Of a stretch of 64,000 bases of DNA, positions 41,613 to 51,375 are shown in pieces. The notes under the pieces are model-generated. The model did no database searches. It was not told the origin of the DNA and saw only the letters and a program-made list of their open reading frames with translations. A program made the translations under genes and the position numbers. The DNA is taken from NCBI GenBank assembly GCA_019358935.1, contig JAHHIK010000032.1:1-64000 (forward strand), in the 5' to 3' direction. The DNA is from Tolypothrix carrinoi HA7290-LM1 (GTDB lineage Bacteria > Cyanobacteriota > Cyanobacteriia > Cyanobacteriales > Nostocaceae). The first letter of the stretch is position 1. Every line of letters starts with the position of its first letter.

Positions 41613-41885
41613 ATGATTATCTCAGATTTGAACTACTTGGAAGCTACTGAAGGTTCCGCTGTTGTTGGTGGTATCTATCTAGGCAGTGGTAAATATAACA
41701 AATCAACTACCCTCTATGTTAAAGAATACGTCGATATCAAAAAAGATATTGATGTAAAAGTTGACCTCAAGGGCAACGCAGCGACTGCTGAAGCTGAAGC
41801 TTACGGTAACAATACTGTTACCCAAACCTTCGCTTTTACTACTCCATATTCTTCTAACAGCACCTCGATTGCTGCTACAGACTGA
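41613..41885 (+). CDS. Double-glycine leader secreted protein, class A copy 1
   Basis: AGGAG RBS; leader MIISDLNYLEATEGSAVVGG; 70-aa T/A/S-rich mature part. Confidence 0.85.
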   Translation: MIISDLNYLEATEGSAVVGGIYLGSGKYNKSTTLYVKEYVDIKKDIDVKVDLKGNAATAEAEAYGNNTVTQTFAFTTPYSSNSTSIAATD

Positions 41886-42026
41886 TTATTAACCGTTGAA
41901 CACTAAAGCAACGAAATAGCTCTACTTGAAAGAGAAACAAGTTGCTTGCACAAAAAGCAAACAATAAATAAAAAGTTGTTTGCACAAATTCCCAGAACAT
42001 AGTTATTAATTCCCAGGAGAAACCCA

Positions 42027-42299
42027 ATGATTATCTCAGATTTGAACTACTTGGAAGCTACTGAAGGTTCTGCTGTTGTTGGTGGTATCTATCTAGGCAG
42101 TGGGAAATCTAACAAGTCAACTACCCTCTATGTTAAAGAATACGTCGATATCAAAAAAGATATTGATGTAAAAGTTGACCTCAAGGGCAACGCAGCGACT
42201 GCTGAAGCTGAAGCTTACGGTAACAATACTGTTACCCAAACCTTCGCTTTTACTACTCCATATTCTTCTAACAGCACCTCGATTGCTGCTACAGACTGA
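42027..42299 (+). CDS. Double-glycine leader secreted protein, class A copy 2
   Basis: 414-bp tandem duplicate of the previous gene with one amino-acid difference (KYNK vs KSNK). Confidence 0.85.
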   Translation: MIISDLNYLEATEGSAVVGGIYLGSGKSNKSTTLYVKEYVDIKKDIDVKVDLKGNAATAEAEAYGNNTVTQTFAFTTPYSSNSTSIAATD

Positions 42300-42345
42300 T
42301 TATTAACCGTTGAATACTAAAGCAACGAAATAGCTCTACTTGAAA

Positions 42346-42381
42346 ACAGCCAGAAACTATATATAGATAGCTTCTGGCTGT
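42346..42381 (+). terminator. Stem-loop between class A and class B genes
   Basis: ACAGCCAGAA...TTCTGGCTGT followed by CTTT. Confidence 0.65.
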
Positions 42382-42407
42382 CTTTGTCAGGGGGTTTAAG
42401 GAGTCAT

Positions 42408-42737
42408 ATGAGCAATTTCAAAATTTACGACCTCAGCTTTTGTGAAACAGCCAATATTAGTCAAGTTCGAGGCGGATTATCAGAAGATACAGCAGATACA
42501 GCAGATATAGTAGGGAAACTTGATATATTGGACTGGTTAATGATTCACATCCCTGGATTTTACAAACAATCTTCAAAAAAAACAGGGGAATATTTGCTTG
42601 AAGAATTCAGCGATCAAAACGGGCAAAATTACGGATATCGATCCTCCAGTCAAGATGGTAAAGAACTATTGGGTGGAGCATCTGGGCAGATAAATAATCT
42701 TAATTATGCCGTCTCCTTCGCCAGCCGTTCTACTTAG
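42408..42737 (+). CDS. Double-glycine leader secreted protein, class B
   Basis: AAGGAG RBS before ATG 42408; leader MSNFKIYDLSFCETANISQVRGG. Confidence 0.8.
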   Translation: MSNFKIYDLSFCETANISQVRGGLSEDTADTADIVGKLDILDWLMIHIPGFYKQSSKKTGEYLLEEFSDQNGQNYGYRSSSQDGKELLGGASGQINNLNYAVSFASRST

Positions 42738-42808
42738 TTAACATTTGATGCAATCACATCTTAGTGATTGCTATTTTTTGAGAATTAACAATAGATTGAG
42801 TTAAGATT

Positions 42809-43021
42809 ATGACTCAACAGAAAGTTGTGGTTAAACGCATAGTCTCACCTGATGGTAAAGTGATTGCCGAGGCTAAAAGCGTAGTCCAAACATCTAGTGA
42901 TGATGAGGGTGAGATTAGTCAAAGCGTTTCTGTACATGTTTCATCTGGTAATAGTTCCAGCAGTTACGCAAATAGTAGCAGCACATCAACATCTAGTTGC
43001 TCTAGTAGTTCTTTTGTGTGA
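42809..43021 (+). CDS. Small Ser-rich protein without GG leader
   Basis: 70-aa ORF in the operon. A paralogous fragment at 43379 differs mostly at synonymous sites, which supports coding status. Confidence 0.7.
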   Translation: MTQQKVVVKRIVSPDGKVIAEAKSVVQTSSDDEGEISQSVSVHVSSGNSSSSYANSSSTSTSSCSSSSFV

Positions 43022-43067
43022 ATTTAGTTGGCTGAAAATTTCTCGTGAGGTAAGTGTGAGGAATTTC

Positions 43068-43379
43068 TTGATCATCTCTGACTTAAGTTATTTACAATCG
43101 ATTAACGAAAGCAGCATTGTGTATGGTGGCAATGTTTACGCTGGTACAGTTACCACAACAACAACCGGACTTGGATATGCCACAGCTGGTGCAGGTGCAG
43201 TTGCCATCGGTGAGACTACTTATACTAATACTCAAAGCAAGACAAATGTTAAAAACTTGGGTAGCCTTGATTATAGTCGAGCCGATGCAACAGCCACAGC
43301 ATATGCAAAAACTGGAAACCAAACTGCTTCATCTCGGAGTAGTAGTACTTCAATTTCACTTGATTTAACCAACCGTTAA
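43068..43379 (+). CDS. Double-glycine leader secreted protein, class A-like (TTG start)
   Basis: TTG at 43068 preceded by GAGG yields MIISDLSYLQSINESSIVYGG, matching the other leaders; T/A/S-rich mature region. Confidence 0.8.
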   Translation: MIISDLSYLQSINESSIVYGGNVYAGTVTTTTTGLGYATAGAGAVAIGETTYTNTQSKTNVKNLGSLDYSRADATATAYAKTGNQTASSRSSSTSISLDLTNR

Positions 43380-43422
43380 TAGTCTCACCCGATAGGAAGA
43401 TTATTGCTGAGGCAAAAATGAT

Positions 43423-45180
43423 ATGCAGATTAATATAATTGATAATTTTGAAACATTTAAGGAAAGAAGAGAAAATTGGGATTCTGTATACGCTGCCGAT
43501 CCTCAGGCTGAGTTCTTCTTATCTTGGGTTTGGCTGTCTGGATGGTTGCAGATGGTGCATGAGCCGTGGTTCATATTAGCTGCCAAACCAGATACCAACG
43601 ATTCATCCTATGTTGCATTTTTCCCGCTGAAAGTTACACTAAACCAGCAGAATGGAGGTGGCTTTTATACTCAACTCTACATGGCAGGAAATAGCATGGC
43701 AGATTACACGGGACTTATTTGCCTGCCAGGTTATGAAGAAGAGGTAATTCCTGCTTTTGCCGCTTACATCCAACAGCAGTTAGTATGGTCTACTTTCGAT
43801 GTACAAAATATTTTAGAAACAGATACACGGATGTCTCTCTTCTTGAGGCATTTCTCTGGAGATAAATTTGAGTTCAGTCAACACCGCATTCAAAATCAGG
43901 GAGAAGATACCGATCATTATATTGCCCCTTATGTTTCATTAGCAGATGACTGGGATCAATATCTGCAAAACAACGTAGGTTCAAATACTCGCCAAAAAAT
44001 CAGGCGCTTTTTAAAGAAAATCGAAAGTGACGAGTTTCATATTACCCACGTTGACGCAAACAATCTGGAGTCTCATATTGAGATACTACTCAGGTTCTGG
44101 GAGTCAAAATGGAGAGATAAAAAAGGGGATAACTGTGACGTAATTATGAATTACGTTCGCGCTATTTTACGTCATTGTTTTGAAAATAACTGTCTGTATT
44201 TACCGGTTCTATGGAAAGGGGACACACCTTTAGGAGCGATCGCGAACTTTGTTGATGTTCGTCAAAAATCCATGCTATTCTCCATTACAGGTCGCGATGA
44301 AACTTTTAAAAATCCGTCACCTGGACTTATCCTCCATGCTGACGCTATCCGATACGCTATTCAAAATGGATTTAAAGTTTACGACTTTTTAAGGGGAAAT
44401 GAGGAATATAAGTATTCTTTTGGGGCTAAAGAGCGCCGGATTCAGCATATAGTAGCCAAATACAAAGATTGCCACAATAGACAACTCGATGTCAGGATTA
44501 TTCCTTTAGCGCTGCAACTTACTGTTCAGGAGCATCAAGCAAACCGACTCACCGAAGCCGAGCAGGGATACCGTCAGATTTTAGAAGCTCAGTCAAATCA
44601 CCCGGAAGCACTTTATGGACTGGGGGTGTTGATGAGGCAAAAAGGTGAGTACCAAAGAAGCGAAAATCTTCTCAAAAACTTGCTTCAGGTTCAGCCCAAT
44701 TCTATCAAGGCTTTATTTAGCTTGGGGAATTTATATCAAGCTCAAGGTCAATTATCAAAAGCGATAGAAGCGTATAATCAAGTCTTAGCTCTACAGCCAC
44801 AGGCGATCGCCGTATACAATAACCTTGGCTATGCGCTGCATCAACAAGGTGATGTTGAAGATGCGATCGCTTGCTATCAAAAAGCACTCTCGCTACAGCC
44901 TGATTGCGTTGAAGCTGAGGTTAACTTAGCCAATGCACTTTATGCCCAAGGAAAGCTCTCCCCAGATAAACAAGCTCATTACGCAGCGATGAACAACGAT
45001 TTAGGCTCGAAGTGTAAACAGGCAGGGGATTTAAAAACGGCGATCGCCTACTATCAGCAGTCCATTTCTATGCAGCCAGACTTGGCATCAGCTCACTATA
45101 ATTTGGAGCTGGTGCTGCAAGAACAAAGTGAAAATGAAACTGCAAGCAGCCGCAATCAAAAAACTCTCATTCCTGCCTAG
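43423..45180 (+). CDS. GNAT (CelD/BcsL-like acetyltransferase) - TPR fusion protein
   Basis: FFLSW.W, ADYTG, SPGLILH and YDFLRGNEEYKYSFG motifs; C-terminal TPRs (ALYGLG, AVYNNLG, AHYNL). Confidence 0.85.
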   Translation: MQINIIDNFETFKERRENWDSVYAADPQAEFFLSWVWLSGWLQMVHEPWFILAAKPDTNDSSYVAFFPLKVTLNQQNGGGFYTQLYMAGNSMADYTGLICLPGYEEEVIPAFAAYIQQQLVWSTFDVQNILETDTRMSLFLRHFSGDKFEFSQHRIQNQGEDTDHYIAPYVSLADDWDQYLQNNVGSNTRQKIRRFLKKIESDEFHITHVDANNLESHIEILLRFWESKWRDKKGDNCDVIMNYVRAILRHCFENNCLYLPVLWKGDTPLGAIANFVDVRQKSMLFSITGRDETFKNPSPGLILHADAIRYAIQNGFKVYDFLRGNEEYKYSFGAKERRIQHIVAKYKDCHNRQLDVRIIPLALQLTVQEHQANRLTEAEQGYRQILEAQSNHPEALYGLGVLMRQKGEYQRSENLLKNLLQVQPNSIKALFSLGNLYQAQGQLSKAIEAYNQVLALQPQAIAVYNNLGYALHQQGDVEDAIACYQKALSLQPDCVEAEVNLANALYAQGKLSPDKQAHYAAMNNDLGSKCKQAGDLKTAIAYYQQSISMQPDLASAHYNLELVLQEQSENETASSRNQKTLIPA

Positions 45181-45336
45181 TTTACCAGGGAATTTTAGCA
45201 AAAGTCATTGAGTTTTTCAATTTAAGTATAACATAATCATTGCCGAAATTATGCTACACTTAAGAAAATGTACTGAAGTAGCAATCTTTTCTGTAACCAA
45301 AGACACTTTTGACATTCACCTGAAGGAGCAATCCAT

Positions 45337-45657
45337 ATGTCTGACAACAAACCGCTAGATTTAAATTCCTCAAAAGTACCATTCTTCGCTCGTTACTTAG
45401 AAGGGCAATTCTGTGAAGATTTGTCTGAAGAAGAAGCCCAAGCAGTTCAAGGAGGTACTACATTTGTGACGCTAAAATACCCTTCTGACAACGAAGAAGG
45501 CAGTCATGATGGAGGAATTGTCACTAACAAATTCCGGGATAAACATGATTGGGGTGGAGGAATTGTTACCAAAAAGTCCCCATCAGATGCTGATGAATAT
45601 GCTGTGACACAAAAGTATCCATCGGATGGAGACGACCACGCTTTTCCTATAGATTAA
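45337..45657 (+). CDS. mdnA: Microviridin precursor peptide, multicore
   Basis: Leader PFFARYL, GG site, and cores TLKYPSDNEE, TKKSPSDADE and TQKYPSDGDD; AAGGAG RBS. Confidence 0.93.
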   Translation: MSDNKPLDLNSSKVPFFARYLEGQFCEDLSEEEAQAVQGGTTFVTLKYPSDNEEGSHDGGIVTNKFRDKHDWGGGIVTKKSPSDADEYAVTQKYPSDGDDHAFPID

Positions 45658-45757
45658 ATACTGAAGCATTAAAATGCTTACTACCAATTGATCGCACGAC
45701 ACATCAGCGTAGCAGCTAGGTGGTAAGGGAAAACGCCAAAAATAATCAAATGTTTTT

Positions 45758-46750
45758 ATGCACTTATCGCGTGACGTTGTTTTATTAATTACCCATAGTG
45801 GTGATTTTTTCACAGTAGATAAAGTGGCAGAAGCTGTATCAAAACGCGGCGCACAACCGTTTCGCCTCGACACTGATAAATTTCCCTTGGAAGTGAAACT
45901 AGAAGCGCAACTGAGCAACTCTGGAAGTAGTTACAGACTGAAATATCACGAAGCCTCCCCAAATCTACATTCTATTAGTACCGATCAAGTGCAAGCAGTT
46001 TGGATGCGCCGTCTTTTTCCGCCCCATCTGAGTCAAGAATTGGCTCCTCAGTTCCAAGCAGCCTGCGCTAGAGAGTCATTAGCAACTTTAGATGGTTTTT
46101 GGGATAGTTTGCGTGAAGCGCGTTGGGTAGATAATTTGCAGCAAATCAACGCTGCGGAAAACAAGCTACACCAACTGCGGGTAGCGTCTGAGGTTGGTCT
46201 TATTATCCCTCGGACTCTTGTCACTAACAATGCTGAATCTGCGCGGGAGTTTTTCTCCCAGGTGAAGGGGAAAATGGTGGCTAAACTGTTAGTTCCTCTT
46301 TCCACAAGTATGAAAGGCTCCCCTTTTTTCCTTTACACCAGCGCTGTTAAAGAGGAAGATTTGCTTGATGCTCAAACACTGCGCTATTCCCCGATGGTTT
46401 TTCAAGAGAAAATACCCAAACAATGGGAATTGCGGGTGGTATTTGTTAATGGTAATTTATTTGTGGGAGCGCTAGATGCATCTGTATATAATGCATCCAC
46501 CCTTGACTGGCGTTGTGCGAAAAGCGAAGCTTGTGTATGGCAACCTTATGAACTACCTTTGAAAGTCAAACTTTCTCTCAAAGAGTTTATGGCAAGGTTT
46601 GGGCTACTTTTCGGAGTCTTTGATTTTATCGTCACACCAGCAGAAGAATACGTTTTTTTAGAAGTTAACCCGGTAGGGGAATGGGGAATGTTAGAGCGAG
46701 ATTTGGGCTACCCGATTTCGTCAGCGATCGCTTCGGCTTTGCTTGACTAA
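45758..46750 (+). CDS. mdnB: Microviridin ATP-grasp ligase, MdnB/MvdC (amide-forming) type
   Basis: VLLITHSGDFFT.D.V, PFRLDTDKFPLEV and FLEVNPVGEWGMLE motifs. Confidence 0.92.
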   Translation: MHLSRDVVLLITHSGDFFTVDKVAEAVSKRGAQPFRLDTDKFPLEVKLEAQLSNSGSSYRLKYHEASPNLHSISTDQVQAVWMRRLFPPHLSQELAPQFQAACARESLATLDGFWDSLREARWVDNLQQINAAENKLHQLRVASEVGLIIPRTLVTNNAESAREFFSQVKGKMVAKLLVPLSTSMKGSPFFLYTSAVKEEDLLDAQTLRYSPMVFQEKIPKQWELRVVFVNGNLFVGALDASVYNASTLDWRCAKSEACVWQPYELPLKVKLSLKEFMARFGLLFGVFDFIVTPAEEYVFLEVNPVGEWGMLERDLGYPISSAIASALLD

Positions 46751-46780
46751 AAAATTTAATTTAAAATTCTAAATTTGATA

Positions 46781-47851
46781 ATGACAGTTTTAATAATTAC
46801 CCACAGCCAAGATAACGAAAGTATTCCTCTAGTAATGCAAGCGATCGCAGCGCGAGGAGAAAAGGCATTTCGTTTTGATACAGATAGATTTCCTACGCAA
46901 GTGCAGCTAAATGTTTATTACGGCAAACAAAAAGAGCAACAGATTCTAGTCGATGAAGATAAGAAGTTAGATTTAAGTGAAGTATCAGCAGTTTGGTATC
47001 GACGAATTGCGATCGCCCAAAGAATTCCTAATACAATGGACTCGCAACTAAGACAAGCCTCTGTTCAAGAATCTCGTGTCACCGTTCAGGGTGCGATCGC
47101 CAGTATTCAGGGATTCCATTTAGACAGATTGCCAAATATCCGTTTAGCTGATAATAAACAACTACAACTACAAGTAGCACGACAGCTAGGTTTAGATATA
47201 CCGCGCACGTTGATTACAAATAACCCCCAGGCAGTCAAGGAATTTTCCCAGGAGTGCGAGCAGGGTATGATTGCAAAAATGCTCTCTTCCTTTGCTATCT
47301 ACGATCGCGAAGGACAAGAGCATGTGGTATTCACCAATCCGGTTACAGATGCAGATTTAGACAATCTGGATGGATTAAATTTGTGTCCGATGACATTTCA
47401 AGAAAAAGTACCCAAAGCGCTAGAGTTGCGAATAACTATTGTGGGTAAGCGCGTGTTCACCGCTGCTGTTGATTCCCAAAAGTTGCAGCTATCTCGTTAC
47501 GACTGGCGACGACAAGGAATAGCCTTACTCAATGCTTGGCAACCTTACGATTTACCCCAGGATATAGAGAACAAGCTGCTGCAACTGATGGCTTACTTTA
47601 ACTTAAATTATGGAGCAATTGATATCATTTTAACACCAGACGGTCGGCATATATTCCTTGAGATTAACCCTGTAGGTGAGTTTTTCTGGCTGGAACATTG
47701 TCCGGGTTTTCCGATTTCTCAAGCAATTGCTGAGGTGCTGCTAACTAACGGACATACATATTCATCATCCTTTGTTTGTGACAAACGAGAGTACGGCTGT
47801 TGGTTTGCGTCTGCTCAAGACAACGCCAATTACGCCACCACACAAGATTAA
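46781..47851 (+). CDS. mdnC: Microviridin ATP-grasp ligase, MdnC/MvdD (ester-forming) type
   Basis: MTVLIITHSQDNESIPLV, FRFDTDRFPT, KMLSSFAIY and FLEINPVGEFFWL motifs. Confidence 0.92.
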   Translation: MTVLIITHSQDNESIPLVMQAIAARGEKAFRFDTDRFPTQVQLNVYYGKQKEQQILVDEDKKLDLSEVSAVWYRRIAIAQRIPNTMDSQLRQASVQESRVTVQGAIASIQGFHLDRLPNIRLADNKQLQLQVARQLGLDIPRTLITNNPQAVKEFSQECEQGMIAKMLSSFAIYDREGQEHVVFTNPVTDADLDNLDGLNLCPMTFQEKVPKALELRITIVGKRVFTAAVDSQKLQLSRYDWRRQGIALLNAWQPYDLPQDIENKLLQLMAYFNLNYGAIDIILTPDGRHIFLEINPVGEFFWLEHCPGFPISQAIAEVLLTNGHTYSSSFVCDKREYGCWFASAQDNANYATTQD

Positions 47852-48598
47852 AGCTAGACTAGTTGAAGGTTCTGGTGCTTTTACTGTAGCCCGATTCTGC
47901 TTAACTTCGATTAAGGCGAAATTTGTTTGATTACCAAAATAACGCTGTAGAGAACCATCAAAAGAAGCTATGGCAAATTCTTGTTTACCGCCAAAATTGA
48001 AATTTATGTCTTGATTTTTTAAGGTAACATTGTCGCTTTTTTGAACGGCAATAAAATCGTCATCGCCTTCGGTAGTTAAATTACCGACAACGCTAAAAAA
48101 GTCTAAAATACTGTTATTACTAGTGTCGAATAAAGCGAAAGATATATCTCCAGCTGCTCTGGCATTTTCCGCTGGTGGATTGTCTATTTTTGTTTGCAGG
48201 TTTAAATTAGCATTGAAGTTGAAAGAAAAATTTGTATTTGCACCTACATCAAAGAAACCGATAACTGTAGCTTCACTTTCAGCTAGTCCTAAATAATCTC
48301 TACCTTTACCCAAGGCTATGCTTAAAGATGAATTTGATGCTGATGGTGGAGCTACTACAAAAGTTGCATTTGCGTCAGCCAAAGCCGTCACCATGCCATC
48401 CTTGGCAATAGTAAGGGTGTTAGTCTCAGTGTTAGTTCCCACGTCCCTTGGGCTTTGACTAAAGTTTGTAAAGTTTGCTTTACCTTGAGAAAAAGCAAAA
48501 GTAGCAGCTTTACTGGGTGAGGATGCTAATACACAGCTAGCTATTACCGGAGTAACTAGTAGCAACAAGCGCTTGGTAAATTCCTGATATTGGTTCAT
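47765..48598 (-). CDS. PEP-CTERM sorting domain surface protein (module 1)
   Basis: Signal peptide (SSPSKAA); C-terminal APEPST + TM + SRRK. Confidence 0.88.
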   Translation of the reverse strand: MNQYQEFTKRLLLLVTPVIASCVLASSPSKAATFAFSQGKANFTNFSQSPRDVGTNTETNTLTIAKDGMVTALADANATFVVAPPSASNSSLSIALGKGRDYLGLAESEATVIGFFDVGANTNFSFNFNANLNLQTKIDNPPAENARAAGDISFALFDTSNNSILDFFSVVGNLTTEGDDDFIAVQKSDNVTLKNQDINFNFGGKQEFAIASFDGSLQRYFGNQTNFALIEVKQNRATVKAPEPSTSLALILCGGVIGVVLSRRKPTAVLSFVTNKG

Positions 48599-49057
48599 AC
48601 AATTGTAAAGTAACTAGGCACACACAAAAATTGACAGCGGACATTACTGAGCTTGAGAAGTTCTGAAGTTCATCTTGACGTTTTGGCGTGCCATGTTTGA
48701 TTCAATCACAAATGATTTTCAACCATCTTCGCACCCAAAATAAGGCGATAAACGCATCAGTAGAATTGCGATCGCTCTTTGAGCAGTAAATTATTGCCTA
48801 CGTAAACATACTAAGGCGCAAAAAAAATGTCTTCTATGAATTTTGTGTAATTTCTGTCAAATTTATACAAATTTTTGATAAAGAGATTATAAACATACGG
48901 CAAATACTAGATAAAATTAATACATAAAAGCTCAGATAATAGGTATTTGGAAATTTTGCTCATCCGAAGATCGCAGCACTGCCCACCAATACCCCAAATG
49001 TCCATCTTATCGGCTTCTGGTGGGCGATCGCGCTCGTTACGAGCGGTCATAACGCAA

Positions 49058-51375
49058 GTTTGTTCGTTTGTTTAGCCAAGGCGAGGTATTTAAAATCTCA
49101 TGAGTCAGACTATAATCTTTTTATACTTAGAATAAATGTTAAATTATATACAGGTAGTCTCTAATTTAGATTTTTACAACTTTAGATAGATGCACAAATA
49201 CTGGCGATTAAATCTTGCTTGTAAAAAATAAATGACATCAACAGATTTTCAGCGCCAAATCTTAGCTGAGAAAATGTTTATAAAACAAAATAGTTAATAA
49301 AATTTAAATTAACTAGAGTTATGTCAAGTAAAATACGATATTAAAATTTAGTAAATAAGTTATAAAATTGCGATGAAGATTTGCTTTTTTTATCAGAATA
49401 CCTTGACGAAATATACCTAAATATATTAATTAAGAGTAAGTGTGTGAGTCCATAGTATAAAAATATGTAGCTTTCTAGCTGTTCATTGACTTTTAGATTA
49501 TTTCAGATTTCTCAGAATCTGCTGATTATAAAAGAGCTAATGGTAGGCTAGCAAAAAGTGAGTATTGTACTAAGACGCTTGTCTTAGTCGCTTTTATCTT
49601 CAATGGCTAGAACAGTTTTAAACTTTTTTTCTTAACCATCGTTAACAAATTTAAATATTTGGAGGAGTAGCTACGCAGGTATGGTGCAGAGTTCAATAAG
49701 ATAATCAAGATAAGACTTTTTAACAGATTCCAATCAAACTTATTAGGAATATTTCCTGATAAAGTACGTTATAATAGCTACAAGTTGATTTTGCCTGTTG
49801 ATTTTCGCAAAGCTGGGACTGATGCACTTGATAAAGTGGTTGTGTGAATCAACTTCACTCAGCGTTACAGCCTGCGAGTATTTGCTGAACATTAAGTTAT
49901 GGTTGGAATAAATTTATGAGCTTTTTCTCGTTTTTATCCCAAAAGTGCATAATTTGATTTTTATACACCCATAAAGGATACAGGAACAAAAAAAGCTCTC
50001 TAAGCTTAACCGACATTGAGAAAGTGAGGTATGCATTCGTTGTCAATTAGTAATAATACTGAAAATTCTTGATAAGACTTTGTAGAAAACTTACAAATTA
50101 GGAGAAGATTTAACATAATCTTTACATCTATCTCTCCAGAATCCGCTAAAGTGTGGTTACTAGGTTAATTTGATACCTTAATATGGATTCATATTCAGCA
50201 TAATTGCTAATTGACTTGAGCAGCGCTATCTTAACCTGTCACTAATGGAGGTATAAAATTAATACAATAAAACTTACGCGTTGATGTAAGTTCTAAAAGC
50301 CTGACAAATTCTGGGTTTAACTAGTGATGAGGTACTGTTTGAGGTGCTGTGTCAGGTACTGTTGTTTATCAGGGACTCAACAGCTATGGTTTGTGCATGT
50401 TTTGTCAAGGTTGCTTACTACTGCTGGCTAACAACTCGCTTTGCAGTCTTAATTTGCCTAAATTTCATCGGTTGTAGTGATTTGGCATCGGCAAAAAGGC
50501 ATCTAGATTCCTCAGCTTATCTAGCGAAGTTTTCAGCTAAGATTTTGCTTGACGAACAAAATCAAAACACAACATCATGTGACTACAAGTCTTTGATGCC
50601 CTATATTTCTGGAGAAACTAATTATCCGTGGATATTAACGCATCAAATGATACAAACTGTTAGTAACCCCCCTAGACTGGCAAAGCAAAGGGGGGAAACC
50701 CGGTGTTAGTTGCACATCACTTAACGACTTAATTAGCCTTTTACGACTAATTAACGCTTTTGGGCTGGAGAACTTTTGCTTGCAGGCTTAAAGAAACAGC
50801 TGTTGCGGACGAACTTGACCACTTTGTACAGTTGATGACAACTGGATAAAATTATGTCACAACCTTCCTTTAAAGACAAGGCTCTTGAAAGATACGACTT
50901 GCAAAAAAGCAAGTTGTTAACGCCTTTTGGGCATCAAGCTCGGATGAAGAATTTCGGCGCGAATTCTCAGCCAGAATATAGTTGTCAGAGAAAAACTATG
51001 TTACTGGCTTCCACAAGTGAATTTACAACCCGAATGTGTAAAAGATTAGGTTATTTACCAGAAAGAGCGCGGTATTGGATTGCTGTCGGATGTTCGATTT
51101 TGTTTACCTGCGGCACGTTTAAAAGCGCGATCGCGCGTCCATACCTAATCATCAATATCACAGAACGAGCGATAAAAGCACGACGCGATCGCGTACTCGC
51201 GTCCACTTAACAAAAATTATCCTCATCAGAAGAAATTCACTCCTCTAAGCATGTGGGAATAAAGATCTGCAACTGGCAATCTAACTCCAAACTTAGTTTC
51301 GATTAATCTTTAGTCAAGTGCCAAAAATTGGACTATTAACTCTTGACTATTATGTGAAATTTGCAGGGGGAAACT
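49058..51375 (+). promoter_or_regulatory. ~2.3 kb conserved non-coding leader of module 2
   Basis: Begins with the same GTTTGTTCGTTTGTTTAGCCAAGGCGAGGTATTTAAAATCT as copy 1 and is collinear up to the ABC start. Confidence 0.75.

Noticed and set aside
41613..43379. Cargo as lanthipeptide, cyanobactin or azole-RiPP precursors
   Set aside because: There is no LanM, YcaO, PatA/G or radical SAM gene in the window and the GG-cargo mature regions lack Cys. Trans-acting enzymes elsewhere cannot be excluded.
50344..50709. 121-aa ORF in the module 2 leader
   Set aside because: The homologous DNA in leader 1 has an insertion and no equivalent ORF.
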